Notes under the pieces: generated by a model
Databases searched by the model: none
What the model was told of the DNA's origin: nothing
The model's input: only the letters and a program-made list of their open reading frames with translations
Made by a program: the position numbers and the translations under genes
Shown: piece after piece, positions 1 to 14,094 of the stretch
How positions within the stretch are numbered: position 1 is the first letter of the stretch
Layout: each line of letters begins with the position of its first letter
NCBI GenBank assembly: GCA_036172245.1
Contig: JAYWIR010000001.1
Location: forward strand, 11,408,001 to 11,472,000
Source of the DNA: Raillietiella orientalis
Lineage: Eukaryota
Direction of reading: 5' to 3'
Length of the DNA stretch: 64,000 nt

Positions 1-249
1 CCAAAGGAGCTGGGGGGTAAGGAGGCAATCCTCTTCCCCTTCATCTTCCTCACCCTCTGCGGTTTTCCTCTTTCCGCGAACCCTGCGCTTCCGTCTGAGC
101 CTGCTTTGGTCTGAGGTGGAAGAAGAAAAAGGGGGAAAATGGCGCCGGCGTTTCCTAACAGAAAAAAAAAAAAAAACTTCGCTTTCTTTTTTTTCTTCTG
201 CCCTTCTGAGCACGTGTGTGTGCGTGCGTGTGTTGGATTGAAATCTAAC

Positions 250-1850
250 GTAGTACCAACCGAATGGTTGTGGCCCAAATATGGCCGTCCCACTTACAGG
301 AACACCGGCGAGAAGGCGAAGACGACGGTGGGGAGGAAAAGGACGCTTCTATCTCGACAGCTGCTGTAGCCCGCGCGTACGGCACACGCGTCCAGATGAT
401 TGCCCTATGCAGAGGAGGCAGCTCGCTGTGCTCCCCGGAAGACACTTCGTAGGTCGCCGCCGAGCAGCTGCAGCGCCCCCCGCAACGGGCGCAGCTTCGG
501 GAGCATTACGCGGGGCATGCACAAGAGCTGGGAGGAACCGCCGGAAGCTCCCGAAGCTCCATGGAGTCCACATCGCTCTTCAAGCTCCCGGGAGATACTC
601 CTGGGGGATGGTGAGCAACGATGAGGTCCCGCGTAAAGAACGTTCGGGTCCGCGGCTTGCGAGGGGAACTCGAAACTATACCGCCGATTAAAGGAAAACC
701 CTTGCCCAAGTCCCAACGACGGCCCGGAGAACGAAGACCCAGCAGCTACCTACGTCTTTTTTCGTCTTCCCAAGAATGCTGGTCAGGAATGTCTGCTGTT
801 CCATGAACGCCACGCGCTCCGCCTGTAGGATAGCAGGGCAGCCTGGAAGTTCCAAAGGCGCAGAAGACCCCACGAACCGGCGAAATCTTCCCGAATGCTG
901 CCATCGGCAGAAAGTCTCCCCCCCCCCTCCTCTGCATAGGGCAATCCTCCGCCCAGTTGTATGACCGCCTACGCTGTCGCCAGAGACCAGGGTTGGGTGC
1001 TCGGTGGAGAGCAGCCGCCGAGCCTCCGGTGAAGCTCAGGCAGACGTCGTCGCTCTTCGCCGCAGCCGGCGGCCGCCCGGCTACGTGCGTAGCGAGGCAG
1101 GGCGTGCGCTTTTTTTTTGCACGAGCTCGCTGATGCACCCAACAGCCCGGGAGGAGGAAGAGGGGAAAGCAAACGCGCATGCCTCTACCGGCATCCTGAC
1201 CGTCGCATTCATTTAAGCGCGCTTGTCAGCATCGATCTGCGCGTGGCGCGAGCTGCTGCTCATCTCACGCAAAAGTGCACAGGATATGAAGGGGGCAGAA
1301 GGGTTCGCAATTGAGCTTCCCAGACAGCGCTCCCGGTTGCATCGCCTGTGGCCCACGAGGTGCCTTCCGGATGTGCATGGCCGCTCCAAAGTCCGAGCAA
1401 CGCAAGTCACCGCCTGTGAAGCGCGTTCCCTTCCTAATGGGCAGAATTTGTCGAAATCCACTCGAGATGGTGGCAGTTGAGACGGATCATGCATCAAGCG
1501 GGGGCGGGCCCCCGATACGGCTGCGGTGGTTTCTTGCGTCCAATGGGGGAGGGTACTTGTACCGTACCAAAGAGTGCCGTCCATCTCGCCACGCTCCCTT
1601 CGCGGTCCATAGTCGAAGAAGGTTCTCTTCCCTTCGGGACGGGGAGGCCGACCAAGAGACCATCGTGGGCTGCTGCGCGCGACGTCTGCGATTCTCGGCG
1701 CCTCCACCACTAAAGGTGAGGCCGAGCGCTTCAGAGCGTGTGGGTTCAGCAACTGCCTCCGCAGCCGCTCAAGAGGCAACCAGCGCTTCTTCGCTGTTCG
1801 TTTCCTCTTTCCCAGCTGCTCCTTTTCCAAGCGATTTTACCCCGTCCTAG
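250..1850. mobile_element. Heavily decayed LINE ORF1 (gag-like) fragments in both orientations
   Basis: GC-rich. Inverted homologous segments at ~396-419 and ~926-949 read ..DCPMQRR (zinc-knuckle tail-like). Minus-strand LRCSDFGAAMHIRKA near 1360-1405 resembles an eroded CX2CX4HX4C. Confidence 0.35.
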
Positions 1851-2449
1851 CTGGCGCTCAGGCATTTTTGCTGCATCAGAGTTGCATTTCCGCTGACGAG
1901 CCGTCCAGCGTGTTCGCACGCGCAGTCCCTCCTCCTACACGGTCGCCATTTTGGTGACCCTGACAGAAACAACCCAGGTACGCGCGGCGACTCTGACACC
2001 TAGCGGCAAAAAAACAAACGATTTGCGCCCCCCTCCCCCTCCCTGCTGCCTCTACTCGCCAAGCCACTCCCTCCCGGGCAGGGCCAAGTGAGACCAGCAA
2101 GCGGATCGGGGAGCTTCCTTTGCACGCGCGCGGGCACGTCTCGCATTCTTCGGCGGTTTGCTCGAGCGGCGGAAGAGCACCGGACAGCGACTGAGAAAGT
2201 AAGAAAGCTGATGTCAGAGCGCGCACACATGCATCACACATCGCATTCTTGTTCTGTGTCCAACGAGACGTGTTCTTCCCCCGCGAGCGTGCGATCGAAG
2301 CGGAGCGCATGTGGAACGACCCCAACACCAAACGCACCCTTCCTAGACAAACCGAACGGGGGGGGGGATGGAGGATTCCCACGGGTGCGTTCGACGGCAT
2401 CCGCCCGCGCGCGTCTTTGAGTCCGTCCTCAAGGGGCGCTCGGCGACCC

Positions 2450-4400
2450 AGCCCTTCTCGCGGAGATCGTTACGTCACGAAGGGCAACTCCGCCCCTGAA
2501 GGGGGGACGCTGCTACGCTATCCGGCGCATCCTCGCGCGGGAAAGGACGAACCCTTGGAGGAAGGCTGCCGCTCAGAGCTCCCGGGAATGGGAAGCTGCT
2601 GCGGAAGGAAAGATGCGAAGAGCGAGCAAGGGTAGGGACAATCTCCTGAGCATGTCCTGCGAGGGATCCGAACAGCTCGAGGAGCGTTGGTCGGTGGCAG
2701 CTCGGCAGGTTCTCCACAGAGGTCTCGGCTCCGGGAACACGTCAATACGCAGGCAAGACGGAAACAGGACGGACAGCACCTGCGCGTCACGCCCATCCCC
2801 GCTCGGTGGCGTCTTTCTCCGCCCTTTTCCTGCCTGCCGGAGGCTGCAAGATTGCGGCTCGAAAGAGGGGACTTTCGGCCCAGCTGTAGACATGACTGGG
2901 CACCGGAGCCCGTTCACCCTAGAAAGAGGCGCGTGGTTGTCCTTCGCCTGCTTCCTTGAAGTGCGAACTACGCATCCCGCAGATCGATCCGTTGCTAGAG
3001 TCCCCATCCTCATCAGGGAGACAGGAAGATCGGACGCCTCCAGAAGAGGGCTGCTGGGGCTGGCTGAGTGTGGTCCGGCAGGAGATGAAGAAAAGAAACT
3101 CGGTCTCCCACCCCACCAACGGCTGGTTTCCCAAACCTCCGCTTCCCAGTCTGCCTCATTCCTGTTCCCCAGCTTCCCTGCTGCTAGTTTACGCGTGATA
3201 AACGTCCCGGAAAAATGGATGTGTTCCCAGTCATTCCTGACGAGGAGGACATCGCCCATCTAATAATGCGCATGCCTCTTCCTCCTTTCTTTCTCTTCCA
3301 CCTCCCTTGTTCCTCCTCCTCCCAACCAAGGACGCAGCCACCCAAGTGCTGAGAACTGCCCCTCTGGAGGATGGGCAAGACTGGCTCCAGGAAAAAGTCT
3401 GTTAAGGAACTCTGAGGTTGCAGCGAAGGTCGCATTCGTTCCCCGCCTCCCTCACAGGGAAGGAACCTCAGGGCCTCCCTCCTTGGTCAGGGGGGGCGAG
3501 CTCTCTCTGCCGACTTTGGGCCTTCAGATATTCCCCGGCCATTAATCCGGGAGGAAATCAGGGTGCGCCCAAGGAAGCATGATAGCAACCTGGAAGACGG
3601 CCATTCCCGCCGAAAAGAGAGCACCTCCTCCTCCCCCATCCGCCTCCATGGAGTGCTCCTCAGGAAGCAGGGAAAGGAAGGACAAGTGACTTCCGGTTGT
3701 CCATGTTGATCCCGCTTTCATTCTTCCCTCTCCCTTCGTCCTTTGGGACGATGACTTCCTCTCCTCCTCGACGCAGTTTCGTCGCATGGAGTCTGCAGCC
3801 ATTCTGGGCGGTCCAACGGAAGGATGCCGGCTCATCTCCGCCCGAGAACGCGCACCCGCTGTCACTTGATGTTCTAAGCTTCCCCTGGGCTCTCCCCCGC
3901 GAGCAACTTCCTCGCATCCTTTCCGGCTATCGGAGCGCGCGGTTGCTCTCGACTACGTGTGCGAGCGGGAAGTGCTAAGCAACGCACCTGGTTCTCTTGA
4001 TCCTTGATTCCTCTTGATCCCCTCCCTCTTGATCCCTCTTGCCGGGATTTGCGTCTCCTTCCTGCCTCTTCCTTCCCTTGTTCGGAGCTCACCTTCGCAG
4101 AGCGCTGCTCCATTAGGAGCTTGTGGATCCTGCCCGGCCTCCTCAAGTTGTTCCATCAATTGGTCCCGCTGCTATCCTGACCTGCTTTTTCTTCGTCGTT
4201 TCGCGTTCCGTGGTTTGCGGCTGAGCGCATGCTTCTTTCCTGCGTCTCCTTTGTTTGCGGACAAACCCAAACTTCACAGAAGCTGCCCAGGCCATCTCCA
4301 GTCGTTGCGCTCCTGCCTTCTTGCACGTCGATTTCTTTCTTTCTTTTTTCTTTTTTTATCTTCCTTGATGCTTCCAGAGCTGCCATAGCCAAGGTTTCGT
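2450..4400 (-). mobile_element. Decayed non-LTR retrotransposon relic (ORF1 end plus APE endonuclease)
   Basis: Minus strand, across frameshifts: DVLLV/QE (~3235-3255, LQET-like), VN..P, MG.D and LRIDVF in APE order; knuckle-like Cys residues at ~3850-3990. Confidence 0.45.
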
Positions 4401-5439
4401 TCCTGTTCGTTAATCAGACTGCGAAATGTGACGACCTCTCAGCGGAAGAAGTGCATCTGACCGGCAGTTCACACAGGGAACCAAACGCAAGGGGGGAGGG
4501 AGGAGAGGGGAGGGGGAGGAGCGGAGAGAAAAGAAAAGAAAAGAAAACGGGTGGGTGCCCCAAATCTGCTGAGGCTTTCTTTTCGAGGATGTGCATAATT
4601 CAATGACGAAGTGGGAGATACTCGCGTAGCGCTGGCGAACGGGCAGCCGTACGATCTTGAAGGAAATGCAGGACGCGTAGCTCGCAGACCACGGCGCATC
4701 AGAATAATCCGCGCTGGGAAAAGGACGTCATTCGCGACCGTGGAAGAGGTGAAACTCGATGACGCCGCCGATGCTGGATTTCTCAGTAGGCCAGAGACTG
4801 CAAACCGAACTCGAAACCCTGTTCTTTCTGCGCCAAGTGTGCAGAAAGAGCAGGGGTTTTTTTTTTTAAAACCGGGGTTCATTTTTGCAAGAGGGATGGT
4901 TGCACCACTGCACACTCTACCTGTGTTTCGATGCACGTTGCCCTTGAGAATCCGCTGCTTCCCTTTCCAGAAAATTTTTTTTCCGAGTCGCTCCCTGGGC
5001 AACACACCACCAGCACGTTGCCGACGGGCCAGCCTAACGAGCGCTCGCTAAGCAACGCTTGCCGCGAATCCGTTTCGTCGGAGCCATTGTTGAGATCACG
5101 TGGTCTCTCTTGAGGACCCTCAATGCAGGAGGTCCAGATCTTGTGAGAACGCTCCCCTCCCGGGTCCTAGCATCAAAGTGGCACCAAAGCTGCTCCGCTT
5201 TCCTGGCTGTCCGTGAACCTCCGCGGCCATCCTGGGTGTCTCCCGAGTCCGTTGAGCCCTGCCGGTGCTACGGGGCGGGCGAGAAGACCCTAGATGAGGA
5301 CCCCGTTGGTAACCCTTGGCTGCGTTCTTGCAACTCTGCGGAGCGGTCCTCGAAGGCAAAGCTTCTGGTCGAACCACAACGCAGCGTCGTCAGTGCTATT
5401 CTTTCTCTCAAGTGTACACAAATTCAGAGGGTTTCCGCG

Positions 5440-5567
5440 TTTAGTGTATGGATGCTCGGCGTCCACTCATGTGTTCCCCCCTGTCTTTCTGAAAACAGCA
5501 AGCCCATGACGGCAGCATTGCAACTTCGGATTTCGACGTGCAAGGGTAGCCTAGTCACGGTAACCAG
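5440..5567 (+). repeat. Direct repeat copy 1 (~125 bp)
   Basis: Aligns with 6412-6531: tttagtgt..gatgctc.gc.tccact.atg...ctgaaaacag.aagcccatg...gcattgcaacttcggatttcgacg.gcaa.ggtagcc.agt.acggtaaccag. Confidence 0.9.
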
Positions 5568-6411
5568 AAACGATCATTGGCGCAGCATCCAATTAATCAA
5601 TGTTGAGACGCTCCGAAAAGCATCATGAAAATTCAAACCGAAGTATCATGGAATTCAGCACTGAAACACAACACGAGGTTCCTACATAATTTTAGGAAAG
5701 GTGTGAAACCTGGAAGAAAAAAACAAGACGCAAAAAAGGCAGCAACGCTATAAAAGAAAAGTCTAGAACGAAATTAATAAAAGCAGGAGGAGTTGAAAAC
5801 AAAAAGCAACGTTTAAGTGGATACGCCAAATACAGTACAGCTCAAAACATAAAAATTCATCTCAGAGATGAAAACATTCCCAAGTTGATTTCTCTTGAAA
5901 ACATTTTTTTTTTTTAAAAAAAAAAAAAAAAGAAGAAAAACACAGAAAGCAAAAAAAAAAAAAAAGCAGCAGAACCTTCCTGAGTTTTCCCAAGTATCGG
6001 AATGACCATATGAGTGAAGCACTAATTACTGGATTCATCCTAATTATTTAGCGTGATATTGCTACTCGATCACAACCTGTAGAATATTTGGTGCGATCGC
6101 TACAACTGAGCATCACAAAGTTCAAAGGATTTGCTTCTGTCGGACGAAATGAGAAAAAGAAAAAAAAAAACACGATGTTGAGAAAAAATTGCATAAATTC
6201 GACCGGGGGTGAGCGAATGATCCTCTGCACAGTTTGGAATGGATACAGCCAGATCCGAAGTGATCCATAAAAATTCATGAGGCTCCGGCTTGCATCACAG
6301 CCACCACCACCACCTTTTATGCCGTGGCGCTTTCCCCGAGGAGTAAAATGCAAAGTTGCCGGTGACCGTGATGTCTTTCATTGGAACAGAAATCAGCTAA
6401 TTATCCTCTAA

Positions 6412-6531
6412 TTTAGTGTCTCGATGCTCAGCATCCACTTATGCGGCCACCTGTCTCTCTGAAAACAGTAAGCCCATGGCATTGCAACTTCGGATTTCGA
6501 CGAGCAACGGTAGCCGAGTTACGGTAACCAG
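6412..6531 (+). repeat. Direct repeat copy 2 (~120 bp)
   Basis: See 5440-5567. Confidence 0.9.
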
Positions 6532-9308
6532 GCATTAGCAAAGGAGGCAAAAGCTGCATTTAGATCCCGATCGCCTGGTTGTCCCTATAGGTATTCTTCG
6601 AGATCACGTGGCCCGACCTTTCCCGATGTGCCCTGAAAGTTTACCAAGGAAACTGGATTGTCCTTTTCTGCCAACATATGAAATAGGGCTGCTTGAAGCA
6701 AACAGACCGTTTGTGTTCACCGTTGTCACTTTATTCGTGTTCGAGGAGAAAGTTGCGCGAAGAGGACGGATGGGTTTTGCCCGTATTAGAGGTAAAAATT
6801 TTCCAAGTATGATCCAAGTCCAAAGCATTGCTCGTTACTTTGAGATTTGGAGGAGGTCGACCGATGAGGAGGCTCCAGATGAACTATCGAAATCTTCTAA
6901 TGGAAATGACGGAATTATTCCGAATTTTCAACTAAGCTCCCTAAAAATTGAAACATGAAACATAAAAACGGACTGCTGAGAAGCATCATTAGAAGTTTTT
7001 TTCCTCCCCCTCCCTCCTCCTCCTTTCCCTTTCTTCCTGAAACATGCATGTATCCCACTATCGTTTGGCAGCTGATTAGCATTTCCTTTTAAACAACAAA
7101 GGACAGATCAAACTTACAAAAAGTGTGTACTTTTAAGCGTCAGCTATGGATGTGTGTGCCTCTGTGTGGAGTGCTCCACTGCAACGGTCCACAGCATCCA
7201 GCATTTGGGTTCGGATAGTGACGAAGTGCCTTTTTCGGCACGAGAAGCATCATTGGCATTCACTCGACTGTATAGTGACACTGAGAAAAGGAACTAGTTG
7301 TTCCTGTTGTTTCCTTCGAGGTTCATATTTCCACATTTCTTCTTGCTCCTGTGTATTCGTATCTACTCTGTTTCAACAAATGCTCCCTTTCTTCCGTTCC
7401 TTTTTTTTTGTTTTTCCGTCTTGTGATACTTTCTTGTGCATCTAATGGTTTTGACAGATTATTTTCACAGATCAAGTGATTCGCATTATTAGACACACTC
7501 AGGTGTTTTCCTCAAGTTTCCAGTAATTCAGAACACAAAGCGGTATTGCCGATTCGCTACTCTTTCAAGAAACAAGGTGGTAGCAACTGGAGAAACGAAG
7601 GTTGTTGAGATGACCACTGCAATAAAGAATGCGCTTACGAGCTGTCACGAAAACAGCTTTCTAGATCTGGGCGAAGAAAAGGGAATCTATAGTTTATCCG
7701 CTTTTGTATCATTGGATGTCACTTTTCGTAACAGGGAAAAAAGAAAGAAAGAAGTGAAAAATACCAATAACTTGCAGACTGATTCCAATATTCAAGAGCA
7801 CATGGCAATCTGAGTGTAGCTATGCTGAAGTGGCACAAGAAACTTAGAGAAGATTCAGGAAGAGGACGCAGAAAAGTCCTTCAATGAATTTTCAGGACAT
7901 CCAGCTTACCGTTCATCAAGCGACTCAAATTCCGGCATGCTTTTGATGCTTCGAAATAATCTGAAGACAGCGACTCGACTCTGACCGGAAAAAGCAACCC
8001 CCGTACTGTCTGCTCCATGTGCAGTTATTGTACATCGTCTCGTTAGCAATCGGCAGGAGAAAGGAAAGACACCTTCGCATCTCCAAAATTTCCAAACAGT
8101 TCACTGCCATTAACGGCTCATATTGCCATGAAATGTGTCACGTTAGGAAACTATCTAATGAAAAACTGCTCAACGAATGTCGTCAAAAAAAAAAAGCACG
8201 AAATCGGACATATATTTAGAACACCTTCAAACAAACTCTGAAGACGAATTCATTTGCAGCACGTAGCTAGGGAAAGATACACTTTCCGATAGGTGTACTT
8301 TCCATGTACGTGCCCTTGAACGTTAAGAATAAATTCGCATAGTGAAATCTATTAAAAAAAAAAAAAATCGAGATAATCATCACAATCAGATAGCATTTCT
8401 TGTGATCTAAGAATTAGGAAGGAAGTTTTCCAAGAACCAGAGAACGACGCAGCTATGTTATTCCGACTCTCATTATGACACCCTGAGAATTCGGGATCCT
8501 TGCTATCATATATGATAAAGATTACACAAATACGCTGTGATCACATAGTGGTTTTGGACATATTCTTTCTTGAAGAATGGTTCACTCTACGAGAGATGAA
8601 GATTTCATAGCTTTGAAATTTGCTTGTCACAGTGGTTCCAAAGAGAACACAATAACGAAAAAGCCCGTTCGGATAACTATTAGCAAAAATGGTTGCAACG
8701 ATTAAGCTTTTTTCTTTTTCTTTTTCCCAAGGGTACTTCCTCTGATGATTTCTGCTTCTGCAGTAGTCCACATCGGAACAAATGTCATCTAAAGAATACA
8801 ATAACTACTCATCAGAATGCATTTTTTCTTCAACAATAATGTACAAAAAAAAAAAAAAAATTAACGCATGCATTTCCGATGCAGATATATTCCTGAAACC
8901 TTATCCGCTGTACAAGAAGATCCTTTCCAAAGTAGGAGAATAATCGGAATTTAATATTACTGCCAGCACCTTCTCTAAGTCATGCGAAAAAATGACAGAT
9001 TAACACGACTTAAGATGCTTACCAAACGTACAATTGAAACTGTACCATTAAACTTAAAATTAGGCTTTCAAAAACTTTTGTGTTTTGAACTCCAGTCGTA
9101 TCTACGTGTCATCCTGAGTGCCTGCAGATAAAGTATTAAAAGTAGTCCTCATTTTAATAATTTCATCTTCTTTTTCTAGAAAAGATGCATCCTAATATTG
9201 AAAATGACAGTAGAAACTGTATTTCTTTTTCGCCTATGTTAAATTTTGATAATTGCATCACTGACCAATGAACTTTTTTATTGTAGTGAATCAGGTTCTT
9301 TGCTCCAA

Positions 9309-9407
9309 CTTTAAAACTGGATCTTTCAACTAGCAATAATCACGGCTCAGTCGCCCTCCTCGCCTATGATACTGCCCGTGCGCAAGGCTTTAAAACTGGA
9401 TCTTTCA
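9309..9407. repeat. 20-bp exact direct repeats flanking a 59-bp GC-richer insert (TSD-like)
   Basis: CTTTAAAACTGGATCTTTCA at 9309-9328 and 9388-9407. Confidence 0.85.
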
Positions 9408-12400
9408 GCATACTACAACATGCAGATGAGAACAAACGTTTCTTTTTATTTCTTGTATGAAACGGGACTTTAGCTCATTGGTTTTCGATGATTATTCAAA
9501 CTTTTATAATAAGTACATGACTAAATTCTTAGAGGCAAACTCCAAACTGCTACCTGATTTTGCAACATATCCGAAAATTAATTATGTACGGTAAAATGGT
9601 ATCAGCTATTATCTGATGACCTCAAATTGCATTAAAGAGTATATTCATTAATGCCAAAAATGAAACACATTTATGGTCACTCTGCTTTTTGGCGATTAAG
9701 TCTGAAATCAGGAAATTTCATTCATCGTATAGTAAGCTACACTTAAACTAAAGACAAAATTTTAAGATGTTTCTGTGTGATATTTTGATATTGAATTTTT
9801 CTTTCTTAAAAAAAAAAAAAACGATGGAAATATCGATGAAATCATGCGCTGGTCCTGAAAACTGATACCATCATTAAATGCATATAAACTTTAAAAGAAA
9901 ATTTTCATTTTTGCAATGAGGAAAACTTCAGCTCATCCCATGATCTGAATAGCAGAAAAGAAGGATACACGTTATATCGTGACTGAAGTATATTTTACCA
10001 TTTCTGACTTTAGATTCTTGTTAATTGGAATTTCTATTTATCAGCATTCGTAGTTCACAAAATTAATTAGTCCCTGTATAAAATAAGTGTTATTTGCAGT
10101 TACCATTATTTTTTTGAAGAAGAGACGAAGATCTTAAACAAATATCAAGAAAACTTCGAAAAGGTTTTTTTCAATAGATGAGTACATTGAGAAAAACTTA
10201 CTTAAAAGACTTGGTAAACCTGTTTAAGCATTCAAGATGGCAATCGGTGTGTTTGGTTAGTTTTTAAATGTAAATTTCAAGAAATTATCGTGGACATGTA
10301 ATTGCATAATGTATGTATGTATATACATTTGTGGGAGCATTTCTGTAAACTGTTTGGTGTTCCGTTAATTTCTACACAATTTGATGTATTCCACTCAGCA
10401 TTCATGAAAACATTCAGGTAAGGTGATTCGTTCGTGTGTCGTGATGGAATTCTTTTCTTTGATTTTCAACTCGTACTTTTTTTTTATATACTTGTTATGC
10501 AAGTACCTTCTCTGTATATAAAGATTCTTTGCATGAATCTCCATGAAGTTCCTTGATATTAGATCTCCGCAGTTTTTAGCAAGGGAAGTAAACACCTAGC
10601 AAAGCGAGTTTTCAGAAATTGCTCGTGTTTTTACAGTCCTCAGAAGTTCCACTCCCGAATAAAGACATTTTGCACGCAATTCTTGCAATTTGTTGGATTA
10701 TAATGGAATGCATGGTTTTCATCGTGGTGTTATTGTATTAATAAAAATATGTTTTCCCGCATTAAATGCCTTGTAACGTTGAGATTTGGTTGGTTTATTG
10801 TTTTCCTTGTTAGGGATTTTACTCATTTAAAATTTTTTCCATATGTATTTGTGTACGTGCCTTGTTCTGTTTGTACCATAAATTCAAAATTTCGTTGTTA
10901 TGATAATGTCAGTAGCTTTAATTTTCCTTGGTAGATACATGCAAGTTAAATAGTGAAACTGCATGGGAAAAGCCTGAAAAATACTATCAGGCGATAGTTC
11001 TTGTAAATTCATGGGAACTGCAATGCGAATTAAAAATATAATTACACTTGATAATCTAATTTCAAATTTTTTTTGGCATGAATGTGAGTGGTGTAGTGAT
11101 AAATAATGCTTAACACATCTCAATATTTGCAATCCTATTTGCATCTCTACTGAGATCTTATGTAACCTCCTGTCAGTATACAACAATAAATTCAAGGAAG
11201 GGCATAAGTAAAACCAAAAGAAACAAGCATTTTGCTTGTGTTCTTTTCACTCTTTACCATTAATTTCATTCATTGTTTTACCATTCGTGTTTTCCTACAT
11301 GCATGTGTAAACTAGATGAAAGTGGCCGTTGTGGAAACTCGGATGCCTTTTATGCATGTACAAATGATATCACTTAAACTGTTTAGGTTGTGACAGTGCT
11401 TTTCTGGTCCTCTGATTGTTTTACAAGTGGAATGCTTACTGCTGTTTAGAGGAAGAAAAGGCATTTGAAAATGAAAATCAATCACTGCTGCACAAAAAAT
11501 TAAAATTCTCCCTACAGTATGTTAAAATCACTTGTTTGTTTTTCATTGTACAGAGCTGTTGCTGCATGGAGTATTTATTTTGCAAAGTGCCTGTAGGATC
11601 TGTGCTCTGTACATAAAATTTTCAAAAAATGTGAATTGTGCTTACAAATGCCTGAAACAAGTGTCTCAAGGTGCTTTTTGTGACTCCATACAGCGTACTT
11701 ACTTGCTTAATACAATTGAGAAAAAAAAAAAAAAAAAAAACTGAAAAAAAGTGAATTAAATGATTTTCAGTTACAATTTCGTGTTTTTCTTTTATTTTCG
11801 AACAGGAAATCAAGATACCAAACGCAGTAGGTTTGATTTCAAGTGTTTGAAGATCATCCATCATTGATGGGTTCTTGAAAAAGAGTAAGGTGGTTCGCCG
11901 TTTAAGCGTTGTTGCTGGAGGCCGAATTCACCGGGAGCAATGTATTTTAAATGTATTCATCCTTTTTCTCCCCGTTTTCCATGTCCATGCCTTCTCCCGT
12001 GTTCAAAGGATGTCGGAACACCCAGTGGAAATTTTTCCTGTGCCGAGTTTTCCCTTCTCCCTTGTTTTTTCGTAAATGAAGAAACAGTTAGGATTGTCGT
12101 AATATTTCGTGTGCTTGGATTTTTCCTTTTCCACTCGCCGACCGATGAGTGCATGTTTTCTATTTTTGCAGGCCTGCATGTTACGGTGTGCAGATTGAAA
12201 AAATAATCCCCACCGTATATCGTTTCAGGTGTTGATGTTTGAACCATTCGAAAAGTAAATATACAAAAATTTTTGCCTTGGATTTCACCTTTAAGTTTGT
12301 ACCCCACGAGAGTGTTCCCTTTTATGTGTTTGGGAGGTTTCGTGTCGAGCTGTTCCAGCATAGGAAACGAACTGTTCCAGGAAGTTCACCTCGGAATCTC

Positions 12401-14094
12401 CTTAAATGTTGACGTTTGGTGTACGGGTGCGCCGGCAAGTTCATTCGGTGTACGCGTATATGTGTCGAGCTTCGTATTTACGAGTTCTAAGTACACGCAT
12501 GAGTTTCAGTGCTCCCAATCTTTTTTTTCTTCTCATTTCTTTCTTCCGCTGTGCGTATTTTCGGAAGCTCCCTGTTGAGTTTGTAAAGTTTTCGTGCAAA
12601 CTCGACTTCCCTAAATTCTCGGAACACCACGGTGATCGACTTCATCCTATATGGCTGTCGTATTTACCAATTTCCTGTTATGTAGAAGGCCGATGTTTGA
12701 AACGGTTCGCAGCATTTTTTCCCCCTTCCTCTTTGCTTGCGATCGCTTCAACTGGGTGCTTGAAAAAAAAAAGAAAAAAAAAAAAAAACCATGCACAAAG
12801 ACATTGCATGCTTTTTTATGTGGACTGAACACAACACAATTACCGTATGTTTCATGTGACATCTCCCAACATACGAGAAACCTTCAAGGTCATGCAAAGT
12901 GCACCCCAAATGTTCTTCTTCACTTGCGCGTACATCTCGGTTGACCCAAAACGTGCCGCAGCACGTTGGTGGGTTTGTGCTTTTACTTGGAAAGGCGAAC
13001 CAATAAGCAAATATTCGTTTTATTTCTCAGGTGCGATTTCGCAAGGCACACGTCGCATCCGTGCACCTCAGCCTCCCGAACGTAACGGTGATTTCGTGGA
13101 TGCGGATTTCGTCTCACCTATTTAATTCTCGCCCGGTTCCATTTCTGAGCAAGATAGCCTAGAGGCCGGTTCGCCACGTCTTTGTCAGTCGGTTCTTCCC
13201 TTCGCAAAGCGTTGTCCTCACGCCTCCGAAGGAATTTTCATCTCTCTTTCGCCTCTCTTTCAGTTTTCGAAGTTTCGCGCTGCCTCTTGGCAAAGCGTCG
13301 CCAGGTGAACTTTTCGCAGTCCCAACGAAAAGTTATGGATCAATTCGACCCTGAGTTAGTCGGATCTTCTAAGGCATTCCCTGCCTTTTCGGACTTCCGA
13401 AATTATTCTTTCCTAATATATTCAATGCCATTTTTTATTTAGGAGTATTTTGGAATTCGATGCTTTGGATTCGTGGATATCAAGTTTTATTAGAGAGCAC
13501 GTTTCGGCAGCGCGATCCTCTCGGTTCCCTTGCAGAGTCCTGTATTTAAGCCTATTTATTAGTGTATCTGTGGAATCATTACGCATTTTGGGAATGAATC
13601 ATTTAAAACTCCGGTTCATATTGTTCGATAAACTTTGAAAAGCTTCGATTCACCCTTATGAGAGAAAATGCTTTTTGGTAGCACTGCAGTGAGAAAGTCT
13701 CCATTCAGTGTTTTATTGTGGCTGCCCTGTTTGGAAAGTTGGTGTGCAGACGTGTGTGAATGGCAAAAAATATAAAAAAAAAAAATAAAGTAAAATAAAA
13801 AGAGAGAGAGAGAGAGAGAAAGGGGGAAAAAAATGGCCCGAAATGGTATCGGAGGGGGGGGGGGGGGAATTTGTTCGCAATTCCCGACGGCTTTTCCGTG
13901 TGGAACTTCAAATTTTCTAATTCATTTCGATTTACGTTTCGTTTCGGGCATCTCATTTTATTCGTACACTGTAATTCCCTTTTGCAGGAAGGCACCACCG
14001 CGAACGGAGTGTCGGTAAACATCTGTCTGGGGATCTCTCTCAAAGACCGGCTGCGCCCAAAATTTTTATTCTGCTTTCAATCGGCAGCAAATTC

